64,000 bases of DNA, taken from positions 1 to 64,000 of the forward strand of contig JAPEUD010000086.1 of the NCBI GenBank assembly GCA_026026165.1. The letters run 5' to 3'. Numbering within the stretch: position 1 is the first letter of the stretch; each line of letters opens with the position of its first letter. The notes under the pieces are model-generated. The model was not told the origin of the DNA. It saw nothing but the letters and a program-made list of their open reading frames with translations, and made no database searches. Shown here piece by piece: positions 1 to 12,829 of the stretch. Made by a program: the position numbers and the translations under genes. The DNA comes from Sarea resinae (lineage: Eukaryota).

Positions 1-1273
1 ATGAATTCTTCGCCGCCACGCCCTGGGCCACAATGCGAATGGAACGATACAAAACGAAAGCAGATACGAACTCTGCATCAGGCGAGCGACGTGGGCTATA
101 CTAGAATTTCCCAGCTTACCCAGGTCCTGCGCAGCACTGTGAGGCGTATCATCGGTCAAAAATCTTCGCAACGCGATCCAGGAGGACGCAAAGGCCAACC
201 ACTGAAAATCAGCGACTGTTTGCTCAGACAACTTACACGAAGGATATGTGAATCAGCAGATGCAAGGCAAGCATCCTATTTGGTTTGGGCAAAAGAGCTA
301 GAAATCTAGGCCTGTTGTACAACAATTTGCAATGCCCTTGCATGTATTAGCTTCTACAAATGCACAGCCTGTTTTAAGCCATTTATCAACGAAATCAATT
401 GCAAGAAAAGGCTGGATTTTACAAAGAAGCATAAGGACTAGACTATAGATCAGTGGCGACGCGTTATTTAGACCGATAAATCCTCTTTTAACACAGGGAT
501 AAAAGGAAAGAAATAGGTGATAAGAAGGTCCTTTAAAAGGTTCTGCCCTAACTGCACTGTTAAGACTCAACACTTAGGCAGAGGCTTAGTAATAGTCTAG
601 GGAGGCATCTAGTACAGTAGAGCAACAGAGCTAGTGAAGCTTAAGCCTACAAATAAAATTAGACGTGGAGGAGAGATAAAAAAAGGGATAGGCACTGTTA
701 ACTATATAGAACAAGTGCTTAAACTATGGATCGAACTAGCATTTCATTATCTACAGTCTCTAAATATAGATCCACTACTTATAGAAGATAGCGCACCTAT
801 TTATTGCTTAAAGGAGGCTGTTAAGTAGAGGAAAGGAGCAGGTCTTAGGAGTCTAATTTAGCCCTCTTCTTCACTAGATCTTAACCCTGATAAAAATATG
901 TAGGGGGCTATAAAGCAGAGAATCAAGCACTAGCCTAAGGTGTACAATAACCTAGAGGATCTCTAGCAAGCAGCAAAATCAGAGTGGGATCGTTTAGTAG
1001 CTGAGCAGAATTTCAACAAGTGGGTAGACTTAATGCCTGCTTAGATCAAGGAGGTTTTAAAGATAGATAGATACGCAACGAAATATTGAGCTGTCGCTCC
1101 TAAACAAAATTGATATTCCTCTTCTACATGATGTTAACTATCTATATCTTTAATTTGAAGGAAATCTATCGGTGCGTTGTTGAGTAGTTTATCGTTGAAG
1201 TTCAATCATCCTATGCTTGCTCGCTCAGAGTTAGGGGGGGGGGGGGCTGGTTCTAAGTTGCATTACCTTTGTA
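1..1273 (+). mobile_element. Degenerate Tc1/mariner DNA transposon (transposase pseudogene, RIP-like damage); 5' end lies outside the window
   Basis: N-terminal HTH-like ORF 1..309 continues through many in-frame TAG/TAA stops to a TGA at ~1089. Catalytic motif remnants: VI*TDKS (=WTDES, ~463-483), EDSAPIY (=EDGAPxH, ~784-804), SLDLNPDKNM* (=SPDLNPIENxW, ~871-903). The right end is inferred at ...CATTACCTTTG|TA (1271-1273), downstream of a G13 run (1234-1246). Confidence 0.85.
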
Positions 1274-1372
1274 GGTATGTCTTCTATCTTATTCTTAAAG
1301 CCTATGCTTGTACTAATTGATATTATAAGGTAAGCTAGCTAGTGATTTCGACCACTTCCTAGAGCGATCATA

Positions 1373-2010
1373 GTGTCATTTGTAATCATAACAGGCGTCG
1401 ATAAGCCAGGGATTACGCCAGAACTCTCTGGTAATCTGAACTCAGCTAAAATGTAGAGAAAATTAAAGGTGTTAACAACAGTAAGTAAATGGCATATCAA
1501 ATGCATGGCTTTCTCAGGGGACTTCCTATACGACGCTGATTAGCCTATCTGTGTGAATGTACTCTATTCAGACACCCTAGATTAGGCCGTAGGCCTAAGC
1601 AGTTCTCTGATCGTGATATATGGCCCGTGGCGCGCTAGGAAGCTGCACGTATTGGCGACTGAGGCCCCATGTTTCACGTTAGCACAAATAATTATGTATG
1701 AACAGAATCGAGGGGGCGCAGACCTCACACTGTATTGCCACTCCTTCTGGCAAGACATCTGGTAAAGCATCTACAAGCTGGCTAATCATGAAATAGACCC
1801 ATCTTTTAGAGCTAGGTAAGGTGTCTTCTTCGTATAATTTCAGCGCCAGCTTAATGTTGTCCGTTTGGCGCCGGAATCTCTCGTCGGACGGTAGCCTTTG
1901 TAGTTCTTGTACTCGGAATTCCACCATTTTAGGGATTGGATTTGGGCCTTGCCAAGCGGGAGAGAAGACGATTGGTCTGGGCGTTGTAAAATTAAGGCTA
2001 TCTGTGCCAA
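1373..2010 (-). pseudogene. Retropepsin-like aspartic protease pseudogene, copy 1
   Basis: PIVFSPAWQGPNPIPKMVEFRVQELQRL...NIKLALKLYE aligns by eye with copy 2. A later exon, AEFRLPESSGVIPGLSTPVMITNDT, breaks off at the catalytic DT(G). In-frame TAG stops (e.g. DRLISVV* vs DGPVSLIW). Confidence 0.7.
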
Positions 2011-2981
2011 TATTTTCTTTACATATTAGTAAGGTTATAGGTAGTATACCTAGTGAATATATATCCTCTATGTTAATTCCTAGAGAATATCTTTTTGCGT
2101 GAAATGTTTAGTCTAATTCCCTCTTTAGTTAGCCAGCACTAGCAGACTAAACACTAAGCAAATTCACGATTTCGAAAGGCTTTATGTTTGTACCCGATAT
2201 TGAACCTGCAGAACTATAAAGTGCGCTGCTATACAGTAGGCAGATAGGCACAATCTGGATGAGCCGGATTATAGTCGTCTTGTAGGATGGCTCGTGTAGG
2301 AACAAGTTTGCTTATTCGCTGAACTTATAAGAACGTACCTTATGATAGTGTAAATGAAGTCTAGAGACTGTTGAGAGTGGATGGAGCGGTGGTAATTATA
2401 TGCCCCTGGCTTAGTACTACGATTCACTATAATTACCACAGTCGTTGAACATTCACATGCCCTACCAATCTCGACGGACGTGATTCACTCAGCGGCCGTA
2501 CCTTACCATCCTTCAGTGAGGCAAAGGGCGAGATCATGCATCAGTCAGACACTGATATCGCATCACTTGCTAGTCGGCCTCAGAACATATTCATATCAAA
2601 CAATAGAAGGAAAATAAGGTAGATAGCTGGCGAAAGCCAAGGGTTTAATTCTAAATCAGCCTAGCCTAGCCTCGCTATAACTACATTGTCGTAACTCGTC
2701 GTCGAGCTTGGATATTGACATGAGTATCGTCCAGTACAATCTTGTCCCTGTCCGCGAGCTTTGCGCGATAAAGATAGGGAAACGGCAACAAAGCCTCGAA
2801 ACTGAAATCTGGTGTGTAAAGATGGCATATGCTGTAATCCAAAAGGAATAATCAAATCAACCCAAGCGCGCGCAGTGATGAAGATGGTCTTCGGGTCTGG
2901 TATGCCACAAATCAAATCGCCCTACCCCTTTGCACAGCCAATAGCATCATTTCCAATCGCAAGTTGTTCTTCAGCATGAGC

Positions 2982-4786
2982 TTAATTATACTTGTCCATG
3001 TTGTGCTTAAGCTCGTCGAATTCCCTCCGAATGGTAGCTGCGTGGGCAGCAGATCGAGGCTTCAGGTTGACGGTGTATTTCATGGGAGCGTGAAGAAGCT
3101 GCTCAGCGTAGGCAGTGTCATTGAGGGGCATATGCTTTTCGGTGCCATAGAATTTGGGATCGCTGACGTCAAAAGCCCACAAGAGCTTCGCCAACATACG
3201 CCATTGGTTGCGCTCAGCGAAGTGAATGCCAGGGCACATACGGCGACCAGCACCGTATCCGTAGTGGTCACGCTGGTTGTAGTCGGGTGATCCAGCATAG
3301 TCATTGGCAAGTCTAGGATGGTTGGCATATCGGTCGGGGTCGAAGTGCTCAGGGTTCTTGAAGCCTTGGTTCTCAGAGTGGTGGAGGGCCCAAACAGGAA
3401 GGAAAATCATGGAGTCCTTGGGGATGAGATATCCTTCGTAGGTGTCCTCGGTGTGATTTCGGTGGGGCAGTCCGGATGAGATGCTATATCGCCATTAGAT
3501 ATGACAGATGAGAGAAATGGTAAAACTTACACCGGTCGGAATCTCATGCCTTCCTTGACGATTTGGTTGATGTATGGGATCTTCTTGAAGTCGTCCCATG
3601 TGGGAGAACGGTCGGGTCCGCAGACGAGGTCGATTTGCCGTTGAGCTTCCTTCAAGATCTTGGGGTCGTTGGCGATAGCGAGGACGTGAGTCGACATGGA
3701 CGAAGAGGTGGTTTCGGCACCACCCTCAACCATCTCACCGAGCAAGTTTTCAAAGGCGTGTTGGGTCATCGGGAAGCCCTTCTTGGTGTATTCGTCGAGG
3801 AGATGGTCGGCGATGCAGTCGCGCTTGTCGCCATTTCGTCTCCGTTCCTCAACAATAGCACGTGCCTTGCTCCAGACGCCATCCATGAATTCGGCAGACT
3901 TAAGAGCCTTTTGCTTCCACGGGCTGATGACGGTAGGCCATAACTTCAGGAAGGGGAATTCGTCGACGGGAGGATTGGCACCGGGTTCTAAGCACTCGCC
4001 AAACTAGGAAACATAAGCACACATTCAGTCTAAAGAAATGAGCAGACATACGACAGTGAGCGCTTCATATACGCAGTGTCCCCAAAAGTTTTCGTAGGTG
4101 GGCCCGCGGTGACCGAAGATCACAGAGCAAGCAATGGAGGATGTCGTGCGGTGAACGTGGTCGTAAAATTCGCTTCCGTTGGTCAGGCAGTCGAGCATCA
4201 ATTGCCGGATCCTTCAACACAACTTCTTAGTCAGTGCAGTTCACCAGGACCAAGCCCGCAAGCAGTCACGGGTCGAGCAAGCTTACTCGGGCTCTTGGAC
4301 ATAGGTATGCTTCTCGTCAATCATCTTGGGCGAAAAGTTGTGGGTAAGAGTACGGCGCTTCTCGCGAGTGATGGGGTCGTTGGAGGACAAGACCATGTGA
4401 TCACCCTGAGTGAGGAGCTGGCCGACATAGCTGTCGGGTCTATCGGCGTAGAGGAGACCCTTCTTGTCGACGAGATCGTGGATGGCTTTTCGGTCGCAGA
4501 GGACGATGACGTTCTTATTGCCGAACTTCAAGGAGTAGATGCCTCCATACTGTTGTTGCCAATCGCGGAACCTTTTCTCCGTCAGCAGTGAATCGAGTCG
4601 GCGGGCGTCCGTCAGATCGACTCACTTCCTGTGGAGATTGTGTTGGGGAATCAGGTGCAGGTTGCCGATGATGGGCAGAGTAGGAGGTCCCGGTGGCATG
4701 CGCGGGTCGCGTCGAGCCGATGTGAAGAATTTGTAGAGGGCAAAGGCCACGATCGCAACGACCGTTCCCAACGTGATGGGCGTCAT
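2982..4786 (-). CDS. Cytochrome P450, CYP619-like (resembles patulin PatH/PatI and yanuthone cresol hydroxylases); 5 exons
   Basis: ATG at 4786, N-terminal TM helix then PPGPPTLPIIGNLH. I-helix EGGAETT, ExxR (EGMR), DPDRY, heme motif YGYGAGRRMCPG. Four GT-AG introns join in frame. Subfamily is recalled from the DYNQRDHYGYGAGRR motif and was not searched. Confidence 0.93.
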
Positions 4787-5834
4787 GGTGTCAGTGGTCA
4801 AGTGGGGGCTATGTTAGGTATGCGAGATGGGTTCCACGTCCACGTCTGTCGAGTGCAAGCTTTCTCACCAGAGGGCGGGCTCTTATATGAGAAAGACCGC
4901 AACAATAACTGCCAACGTTCTTGGCAACTGGGACCAGAGGCAGGAAGATCTTGTCCGGACGGGGGTCCCACTTTTCTCGTTCCAGATCTAGAGACCTGGG
5001 GAACAAGTGGCCGCAACATTATTACTCTGCGAGATGACGGATGTGGGGATATCGGACAGTCTCTCGGTGAGGAAGTGACGGATCCCCAGAGGGTGGGTGG
5101 GTGGCCGGATTGATGTGAGGCGGCAAAGCAGAGGGAGGCAACGAGGCTCTAGAGCTGAGCAGCAGTAGCGTACTTGATCGGGCTGGTGGCAGTGGCATTA
5201 GTGCCTTAGCTCGCTGGTTGGAGGAGCAGAGATGATAATGGCAATTGATGGATTGGGCTGATTGATGGTGTCTGTGCCCCGTGCGTTGGATGGGAAGGTG
5301 TCCCATGCTACGGTGCGGTGGCAGCGAGGCCAGACACACACGCGTAGGGGGGAAGAGGAAGAGAGAGACAATGAAGACTGCTAGCGGCGCAGAGTAAGGC
5401 AAGAAGTGTGGATTGGGGCATGAGGTGCAAGTTTACGAGTAAAGATTACGGCTTGGTGTGTTACCCCGGATGGCCCTCGCTCGTGCTGGCGGGTTTTCGC
5501 ATCGATACCTGACTCGTGTACCTGGCCAGGGCTTTTGGGCCAGGCGAAATCCAAGCTACCAGCACGCAGCTCCCAAAGGAGAATGCCAAGTCTCGACGGC
5601 GGCTACCCCGGAATCTCTTTCGCGTTCGTAGCTCTTTAGCATCAGCGTCGGCTCACTTGAGGTTCTTTCGTGTCCTGCCGTCATCAACATTGTCCTCCAC
5701 GGTTGACGAGTGATACGCGGGGACGGATCGTGACAAATCCAACTAAGATTAGAAATGACGGCCCCTGTGATGTCCACGGCAGGGAATGTTGCGAAATGCG
5801 GAGAGCCGAGATTTGATCGAGGCGGAATTAGGCG

Positions 5835-5933
5835 TTCCGGATTGGTTTCCGGATTGGTGGTTGACCGACCGTGGTGGTGTCTATCAGAGATGTTGACCAT
5901 GGATGTCGATACTCGATGCTCGATACTCGATGC
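5835..5933. repeat. Two short perfect tandem repeats in the P450/SnoaL divergent promoter
   Basis: TTCCGGATTGGT x2 (5835-5858; each contains CCGG and a reverse CCAAT) and TCGATACTCGATGC x2 (5906-5933). Confidence 0.8.
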
Positions 5934-6684
5934 CGTACTAACGATGTTCGTGGTGGATGTTCGTGGGGTATTACCCAAAGCAGCACTCCAGCGCAGATGG
6001 CTGCCTCGGCCGAGGTCGATGTGTAGAGTTACCCTGTCGGACTGATTTTTCGCTTAGCTTTCTGTCCAAGTCCGACTCGCAAAGCGCTTGGCTGTTCGTA
6101 CGGACCCTTCAGACGCATCATCGAGGGCTGCGTTAGGCCTCGTCAAGCGCTCCCCAGAACCTTGGCGATCAATGAGGGGGAATGGCCCCTCTCCAGCCAT
6201 GTCAGAAGGACTTCTGGCCTCTTTATTGGCCCTTTGATGAGGAACTGGCTTTCCGACTTTCCTGCTTGGCGTTAGGGCGGCTCGGCCTGGCTGGGACCGC
6301 AGAGGCACGGTTGCGACGAAACCGCGGGGAGTGTGGGGAATCCCTCCCCTCGAATCACCCATCGCCCACACTATCGCTCCAGGGATCCCCACTGTGAGCG
6401 GCCGCAGAATTGCCCCGACTAGCCGAAGGATTCGTATCGTGCGCCCATGACTCGCGAGGCCGGCCAGGAAACAGTCGAAATAGTAGGAGAAGTTGTTCCG
6501 GTGACTTGCCCACCCCCTCGCCGGTCGACGAGATCACAGGAATGATATAAACTGGACTGGAGACTTCACGATAGAGTAATAAATCAATCCAAGTTTGAAA
6601 TTCCGAGCAATTTTGCTCAAATTCTTTCCATCTACCATCAATCCAACTGTTTCCACGAGACGTAAACATTGATATTCAGCCAAG

Positions 6685-7358
6685 ATGTCCTACTTCGACG
6701 AGGTGAGCGCCAATCATCGCAGCGAAGATAGGCCGGCGGGCTGACGTGCAGCGATAGAACACCTTGACCACGGTCCAAGACCTATGGAAGAACCTGAGTT
6801 ACCCCCCGAGCGATGTAAGTAAAGGAAAAGATTCTGATGCGCATTCGCATGATCAAATCGAGCGATGACTGACGAATCCGACAGATGCACAAGCCGGAGT
6901 TTCTCAAGCAGGAGGAGGAGGTTCTAGACTTCTACAAGGGCTGGGCCACTTGCTTGAACCAGACATTCAACGATGACTCCGAGTCGGGCAAGAAATTCTA
7001 CAACATCGACCAGACCATCACCTTCGATCTCTTCGGCTTTACTGGCCGCAGCGACTTCAAGGAGCACTTTGAGCAGACCTTCCCATACTTTTCCAACGCC
7101 CGCGTCGACTACAAAGATCTCGAGATCATCATCACCTCGCCGACCTCTGCTTTCTCGACCATGGTCCAGCGCCTCCGAGGCAAGTCCCAGGACGACAAGC
7201 CCTTCGAGATGACCTACCGGATCACCGCCATCCTGATCAAGCAACCCGCCGGCAACTGGCAATGGATCCACGAACACGTTTCTTTCCCCGTGAACATGGC
7301 CACCAAGGAGGCCGACTTCACCTCCACCATCGACCCCAAGACGGCTTTCCATTTCTAG
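6685..7358 (+). CDS. SnoaL/NTF2-like domain protein (~182 aa; 3 exons: 6685-6702, 6758-6814, 6885-7358)
   Basis: Exons MSYFDE / NTLTTVQDLWKNLSYPPSD / MHKPEF... join in frame across GTGAGC..CTGAC..TAG and GTAAGT..CTGAC..CAG introns. C-terminal RITAILIK..GNWQWIHEHVSFP is typical of SnoaL-like proteins. Strong codon bias. Confidence 0.88.
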
Positions 7359-10152
7359 ATTTATAGTCTTTCCAGCATTTTGATTTTTGGCCTTTGATCA
7401 TAGGTTGCCACGACGGTCGATAGACACGTACCACGGTTTAGCAGTAGCTAGTTTTCCGATTCAAGAATGACGAATCTATATGAAATCAGTACCTTCCTAC
7501 TCTCTGCTATCGGTGCTCATCCGGGATCATGCATTTGCATTGTGCATCGCGCATCGATCTCCCACGGTGACATTATGGATGGCTTGATCCTCGCGGTCAT
7601 GTTTGCGCCCGAGTGGGTGCGGCACCTTACTCGGTGTACGAAAGTTCGAAGTTACGACTAGCGACCCATCTCCGTACCGTTGAGGTCTCGCTTCTCTACA
7701 TCTGCCCGGATCTAGTAGTGTGTTGACGTGAGGCCCTGCAATATAATTGAGACGGACTCTCCCTTGAATTCAATGCTGACCTTGGCGCAAATATGCTTCA
7801 ACATTGCAGTGATGACTCTCGGAGAAGATCTATGAATCATGAGTCGATCATGTTTCTGTCCCGCCACGAGATGGATCACTCCAGCTCGGATTTCCGGTCG
7901 TGAATATGTGCAGATTTCGAAATACGGACATTACGAGAGGATTCTCCAGCATCATTATAGTATTGCTCTAGAGATCATCCTACTGCTGTCTTTGAAAAGC
8001 AATTATTATTGCTTCCATGCTCCAATTCTGCCCCCCTTCGATCGCATTTCCCTCTCCGGTATCTAAATTTTCGGCGAACATCAAGATTTATCACTCACCA
8101 AAACTCCAGTAACAGAAGTGCCGGTCTTTTCTCACTTCCCTTCAACCTTCTTGCGTCGCGTTTTCTTCCCTCCGTTGTATTCTCAGTTCTCATCTACTTG
8201 TTCTTCTCACTTCGGTCATCCTGAAGCGATGCCTAATTCTAGTTTTCCGTCGATTTCTCATTGGTCCTCTGCAACAAAAATCTTTTCGTTGCTCAATGCT
8301 ATTGCTAAATAACAACTCGAACAGCCTTTTATCGCCGTCTTCGATCAAAACACCATTACATGAGTTTTTATACGACTGCAGCTGTAGTCTCGATTCTCAA
8401 ACCAATTCTCAACATCTCTCCGTTGCATCCCCGACAGCGTCACGACCTTGACCAAAACCTCCACAGCAGAAACCTTCTATTACAAAGCAGCAACCTATAT
8501 AACTTCATGTCTCGCTGTCCCGATCAGCGCAGTTGCATCGTCAGTCGTCACAACACCAAATCTCGTTCATTCATTCCTGGTATCATTTTCTATCCCATTC
8601 CCTGTTCGGGTTGAGGCTCCGGAAGGGAGGCTCTTCTTTCAGATCGGTAGAGGTACGTACTTGGTACAGTACCTTATTGATCTCCGAGTCTAATGTAGGT
8701 ACTCCCTGACATCGTGAGATCGTGCCCAATACTTCCGGCTGCAACCCGCCGAAGTACCTACCTGTCCCATTTCCACCGAGTCATATCGCTGCCGTCGAAA
8801 CCGTTGGATCTATCCGGATTTGTGACCGATCAATATCACCGATAACTTCACATTCCATTCATTCAAAAGCTCGGGAACATGTCTATCTACTTCTTCGCTT
8901 TTACCCATTGCTTGCTGCTGTCGATCATCACAAGCCAATCTAGTAGTTGATGCGACGAGTCATCATCGAGAAATCTCATTCGTCTATCAATTTCCTTTGT
9001 TTTCTCGGACGAATCGTCCGTCCACAGGGAGAGAGGCCTGAGATGGGGGAGTAATCCAGATTTAGATCCACATCCAGATCCACATCCCTATGCTCGTTCC
9101 CTCGTTCTCTCGGAATCTTTCACCTCCGAATGCGATGAATACGTAACGAAGACCTCACCACGGACGGACTGAGCAGCATCATCGTGCGTGAATAGAGTGG
9201 CCACATCACCTCGGCTTACTGCTGGTCGGCGCCCTGCCCTGTACATTCGGCACGATGATGAATTCTTGAGGCTGGAAAAGGCAAGGAATGGTGAAAGTAT
9301 GAAGTGCCCGGTCAAGCAATCGGTTCGGTGCCGAAGCTCCCAATGCCCGATAAGCCCGATACGACCAAGCTAAACTTTGTACTCCGAGTACGCGCATCAA
9401 AACAAGACTGTTTGAAGCAAAACGGAAGTCTATTGTCTACGTGGTTTCGACACTACGCGCTGATCACACGATTCTAACTTTGCAACAGGAAGGGTAGACT
9501 CCCTGGTGGTGCTATGCGTGACTGTCTGTACTTTGGAACGGCAATGCTTTACGGTTTGTAACTGGAAACCGATGTGGCAATTGGCCCCAGTCGAGAGGGC
9601 CGTACCATTTGGACTGCGAGGCACGTCATAGAAAAGGGAAGGAGAGTTGTCTCACCTCACATGAAGGAGAGAGGGAATGGAGAAGACTAGCAGAGGATTG
9701 TCGGCCTGTGTCAGAAGAGCCTCACGGGTCGATCGATGTCTGGATCGAGCAGGACCTGAATATAATAAGTAGTAAGGTAGGAGAGAGAGAGCAGCTAGGC
9801 TCTTTCACACATAGGAGGATCTCTTTGCGAAAGGAACCGCCAACAATGTTGACAATGAAAGTTGAAATCGTTCGGATCAAGGGCCTTGCAAGTGACTGAC
9901 AAAAGCCTCTCTTCTTGAGCAGTCGCTGATGGGGAAAGCAGTGACTTCTTATCAGGACATTGTTTTGAGGAATAAAACCCTCTGGTCCCTGAATCTCGGG
10001 CATTCTAGTCGTTCCGGAAAGATCACCTTCGTTTATCCGGCTGCTCTGATGAGAATTACCCGCATCATTGACTGGCCGGCTTTTTACCATGCCTCTCTAT
10101 TCCTTTAGGCCCGCTATGTAGCCTTTCCCGACTTCGATCACGCTATGCCTGA

Positions 10153-10896
10153 TTGTATCAAACCTGCTCCGCTGTCTCCAAATTTATAAGATCACTTGAT
10201 AATCTTATCACATCCATGAGTTCATCCTCCTCTGACGGTCTTAGATTGATTGTCGGATGGGCTGAATCTGATAGTTCGATAATTGATAGTTCGACGCGCA
10301 ATATGCTTAACAGGAAGACCTGGAGCGGAATCATTATCGGAGAGGAAACGGATGACGTAATCCCTAAGCGGAGTGTACTGGCCAGTTTCACTGTCGGTGG
10401 CGAGACATACAGGGTCTTTGCCAGAACAGACGTTTAAAAGTTTTTAATCGCTTGGAAGAACGATAGTCGCTATAAAGGGGGTTGCTAAGTTCGAATTCTG
10501 GTCAAGGATATCACGATTCTAGTTGGTGTTCTAGAAGTTGCTCTAAAGACTAAGTCCGCCGACAAGGTTGCTAGTTCTGAGAAGATCTTTCACTCTTGGT
10601 TGTTTGATAAAATGAAAGCAGATGGACAAACAATGCCATGGTCCGACTTTGCTGAGCTAGAGGCTTCTAGGGCCGCTACTAATAGAGCTCCTCTGTCAAG
10701 TCAAAGGAAGTTCCGCGACCAAAGAGAGGAAAAAAAGGATCAAGTGCAACTCCAAGTGCGGGTAGTCCGCTCTAACACCAGGTCGGGGAGAATAACGATA
10801 GTTCCGACTCCGACGGCGAGGAGTCCTTTTCGATTGAGCCTATACACTCTGTCACAGGCAAAGAGATGGTGCACGACGGAATTATTCTATAGATAG
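10153..10896 (+). pseudogene. Interrupted reading frame, probable decayed hypothetical gene
   Basis: ORFs 10153..10437 and 10600..10896 share a frame and are linked by protein-like sequence containing two TAA stops. No recognisable domain. Confidence 0.4.
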
Positions 10897-11029
10897 CGAG
10901 ATAAAACTGACTGCTCAAGTGTAAGGCTATCGGCCGAGCACATCAGCACCAAATGATACTGCCAAATACAGGACTTTGATTGAGGCGTCACCGCTGCTGT
11001 GAGATGTCTTGCTTTACTGTATTGATAAG

Positions 11030-11470
11030 CATCAATAGAGACTTGAAATCTCAATGCTTAATACGTAAAGAGCCTCGCAATCATATCAACGTGATACATT
11101 CTAGACCCTTCCCATTCCCGGTCGGCAGGACGTTCAGTGGACTTGACCGTATAGAGATTCAGACCCTTCCTCAGGCGTTTCTGAACCCGTCATCTCCAGC
11201 TCCCCGTACATCTCTATATGACTTTCTGATCTGCCGCTGCTGCTCATTTACCCCGATGCTGTGCCACGTGACAGCAATAACTGCAAGAAGGTGTTCTAAT
11301 AAATTCAAGATTGATAATCTTGTGGGTCCCTGATTTGTTATAAATAGGCGATAGGCTGATGTTGTATTGGAATTGATCTTTCCTGACAATAGCAGTACTG
11401 TAAATAAACAGCGCAATCTTTCGCCAGGAAAGGAAGATGCCCGCGTCGCCAAAATAATGACTCTGCATCG
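11030..11470 (-). pseudogene. Possible relic of a fungal protein-kinase-like gene
   Basis: IALFIYSTAIVRKD..YNISL..IYNKSGTHKIINLEF loosely resembles LxFxHxxGxVHRD..GNIL..KLxDLEF, and a downstream H*DFKSL resembles HDLESL. Weak, by eye only. Confidence 0.2.
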
Positions 11471-11539
11471 AGCCGAAGAGAATAGGGCAAAGCGAAAAGA
11501 GGCATGATCTTCATTATACCTAGTGAGGCGGATAGCTCA

Positions 11540-12680
11540 TTAGAAAAAATGAAGCGCAATCATAGTAAGTCCTATGATAGCCATGTTCGCCGGTTCCTCG
11601 CCGAGAGCTGCTGGTAGCTGTGCCGCGATCCCGTTTTTATTTTCAGACACGTATAACAGTTCATTGCTATTTACAGTAGCAAGATACAATCGGTCTCTCA
11701 TGGCGCTTCCAGAGAGACAGTAGTGCCTGTTAAGCTGTGGCTCCGCAATCAGAGCGAATTCTGAGAACCACGCGGACAGCCTTGTCCCGTCTGGTTTGAG
11801 CAGACGTATGTTGATAGCGATAAGCTCACGGTGCATCACGATGTTCGGAGTCTGTATTTGTACACTCCTGAGATGTCCCTGATAGGTGAGGGGCGCTGCT
11901 ATATAGTAGGTACATAGGAATAACCCATATGAGCCGGGCTATATATACTAATTATGTTGAATAGCGAGCGTAAGAGCAAGTTTACCTGTTTACTATACCT
12001 TACAATAGATATCGAAATCATAAGCAAGGTTAACAAGATCGGTGTTGAATATAGCTTGTGTATCGGATCCAGTATCGTTAACGATCACGACGTTGGTATT
12101 AAGGTTGGGGACGCCACCGAGGCGGATGGGTAGTTGAAATACAGCTAGAATCTAGAAATGACGAGCAAATGTCTTTATCAAAGGCGCGCTGAAGGCGTAC
12201 CGAGTGTGTTGTATCGGTGCCAATGTGGCCATATGAGGCTGACTGGCCCATCTGAGAGGCTGTTCGCTATCGTAATAGTCAGACCTCAAGCAGGTGGTAA
12301 TATCAATGGCGGAGATGCACTACCGGATGCGGAGGACTGCGCTGCATTAAGTGGTGACACATTCGCTGCATCTCGAATTAGCAATATAGACGAGCAGGAT
12401 ACAAACCTCAGACCATACCGCTGAGCTCGCTGGCGGTGGTTCTGGGACGTAGTCCACGACCTGGCCGTTGACGAACCATACTGTCTTGGCTTTCGGTAGG
12501 TCTCCATTCTCATAGCGCTTGAGTGCCAACTCGATATTCGGTTTCTGGTGGGAAAATTGCTCTTCTGATATGAGACGACGTAACTCGCGTACGCGAAAAT
12601 CGATCATCTGTGGTAGAGGGTCGGGACGATGAAAAGCAGGCGAGTATCCGATGGGATGAGAGGTTGAGTTGGCTATGAGG
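11540..12680 (-). pseudogene. Retropepsin-like aspartic protease pseudogene, copy 2 (multi-exon)
   Basis: Exon at ~12143-12005 reads VFQLPIRLGGVPNLNTNVVIVNDTGSDTQAIF (catalytic DTG). Last exon has a flap-like VQIQTPN and an LSG motif. In-frame TGA at 12286-12288. No clear ATG (ATA GCC at ~12675). Confidence 0.72.
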
Positions 12681-12829
12681 AGTTGCTGTCGAGGCTTCAG
12701 TCGATAGTGTAGCTTGTATCTGACGCCTCTTGATGCTATTCGCGTGAAGCGTGGAGTGCAGAGGCCTGAGCCTAGACCCCTCGAAGCAGCCGCGCTCCCT
12801 CGGAGGGGAGAGCTTAGAAGGTCCCAGGA

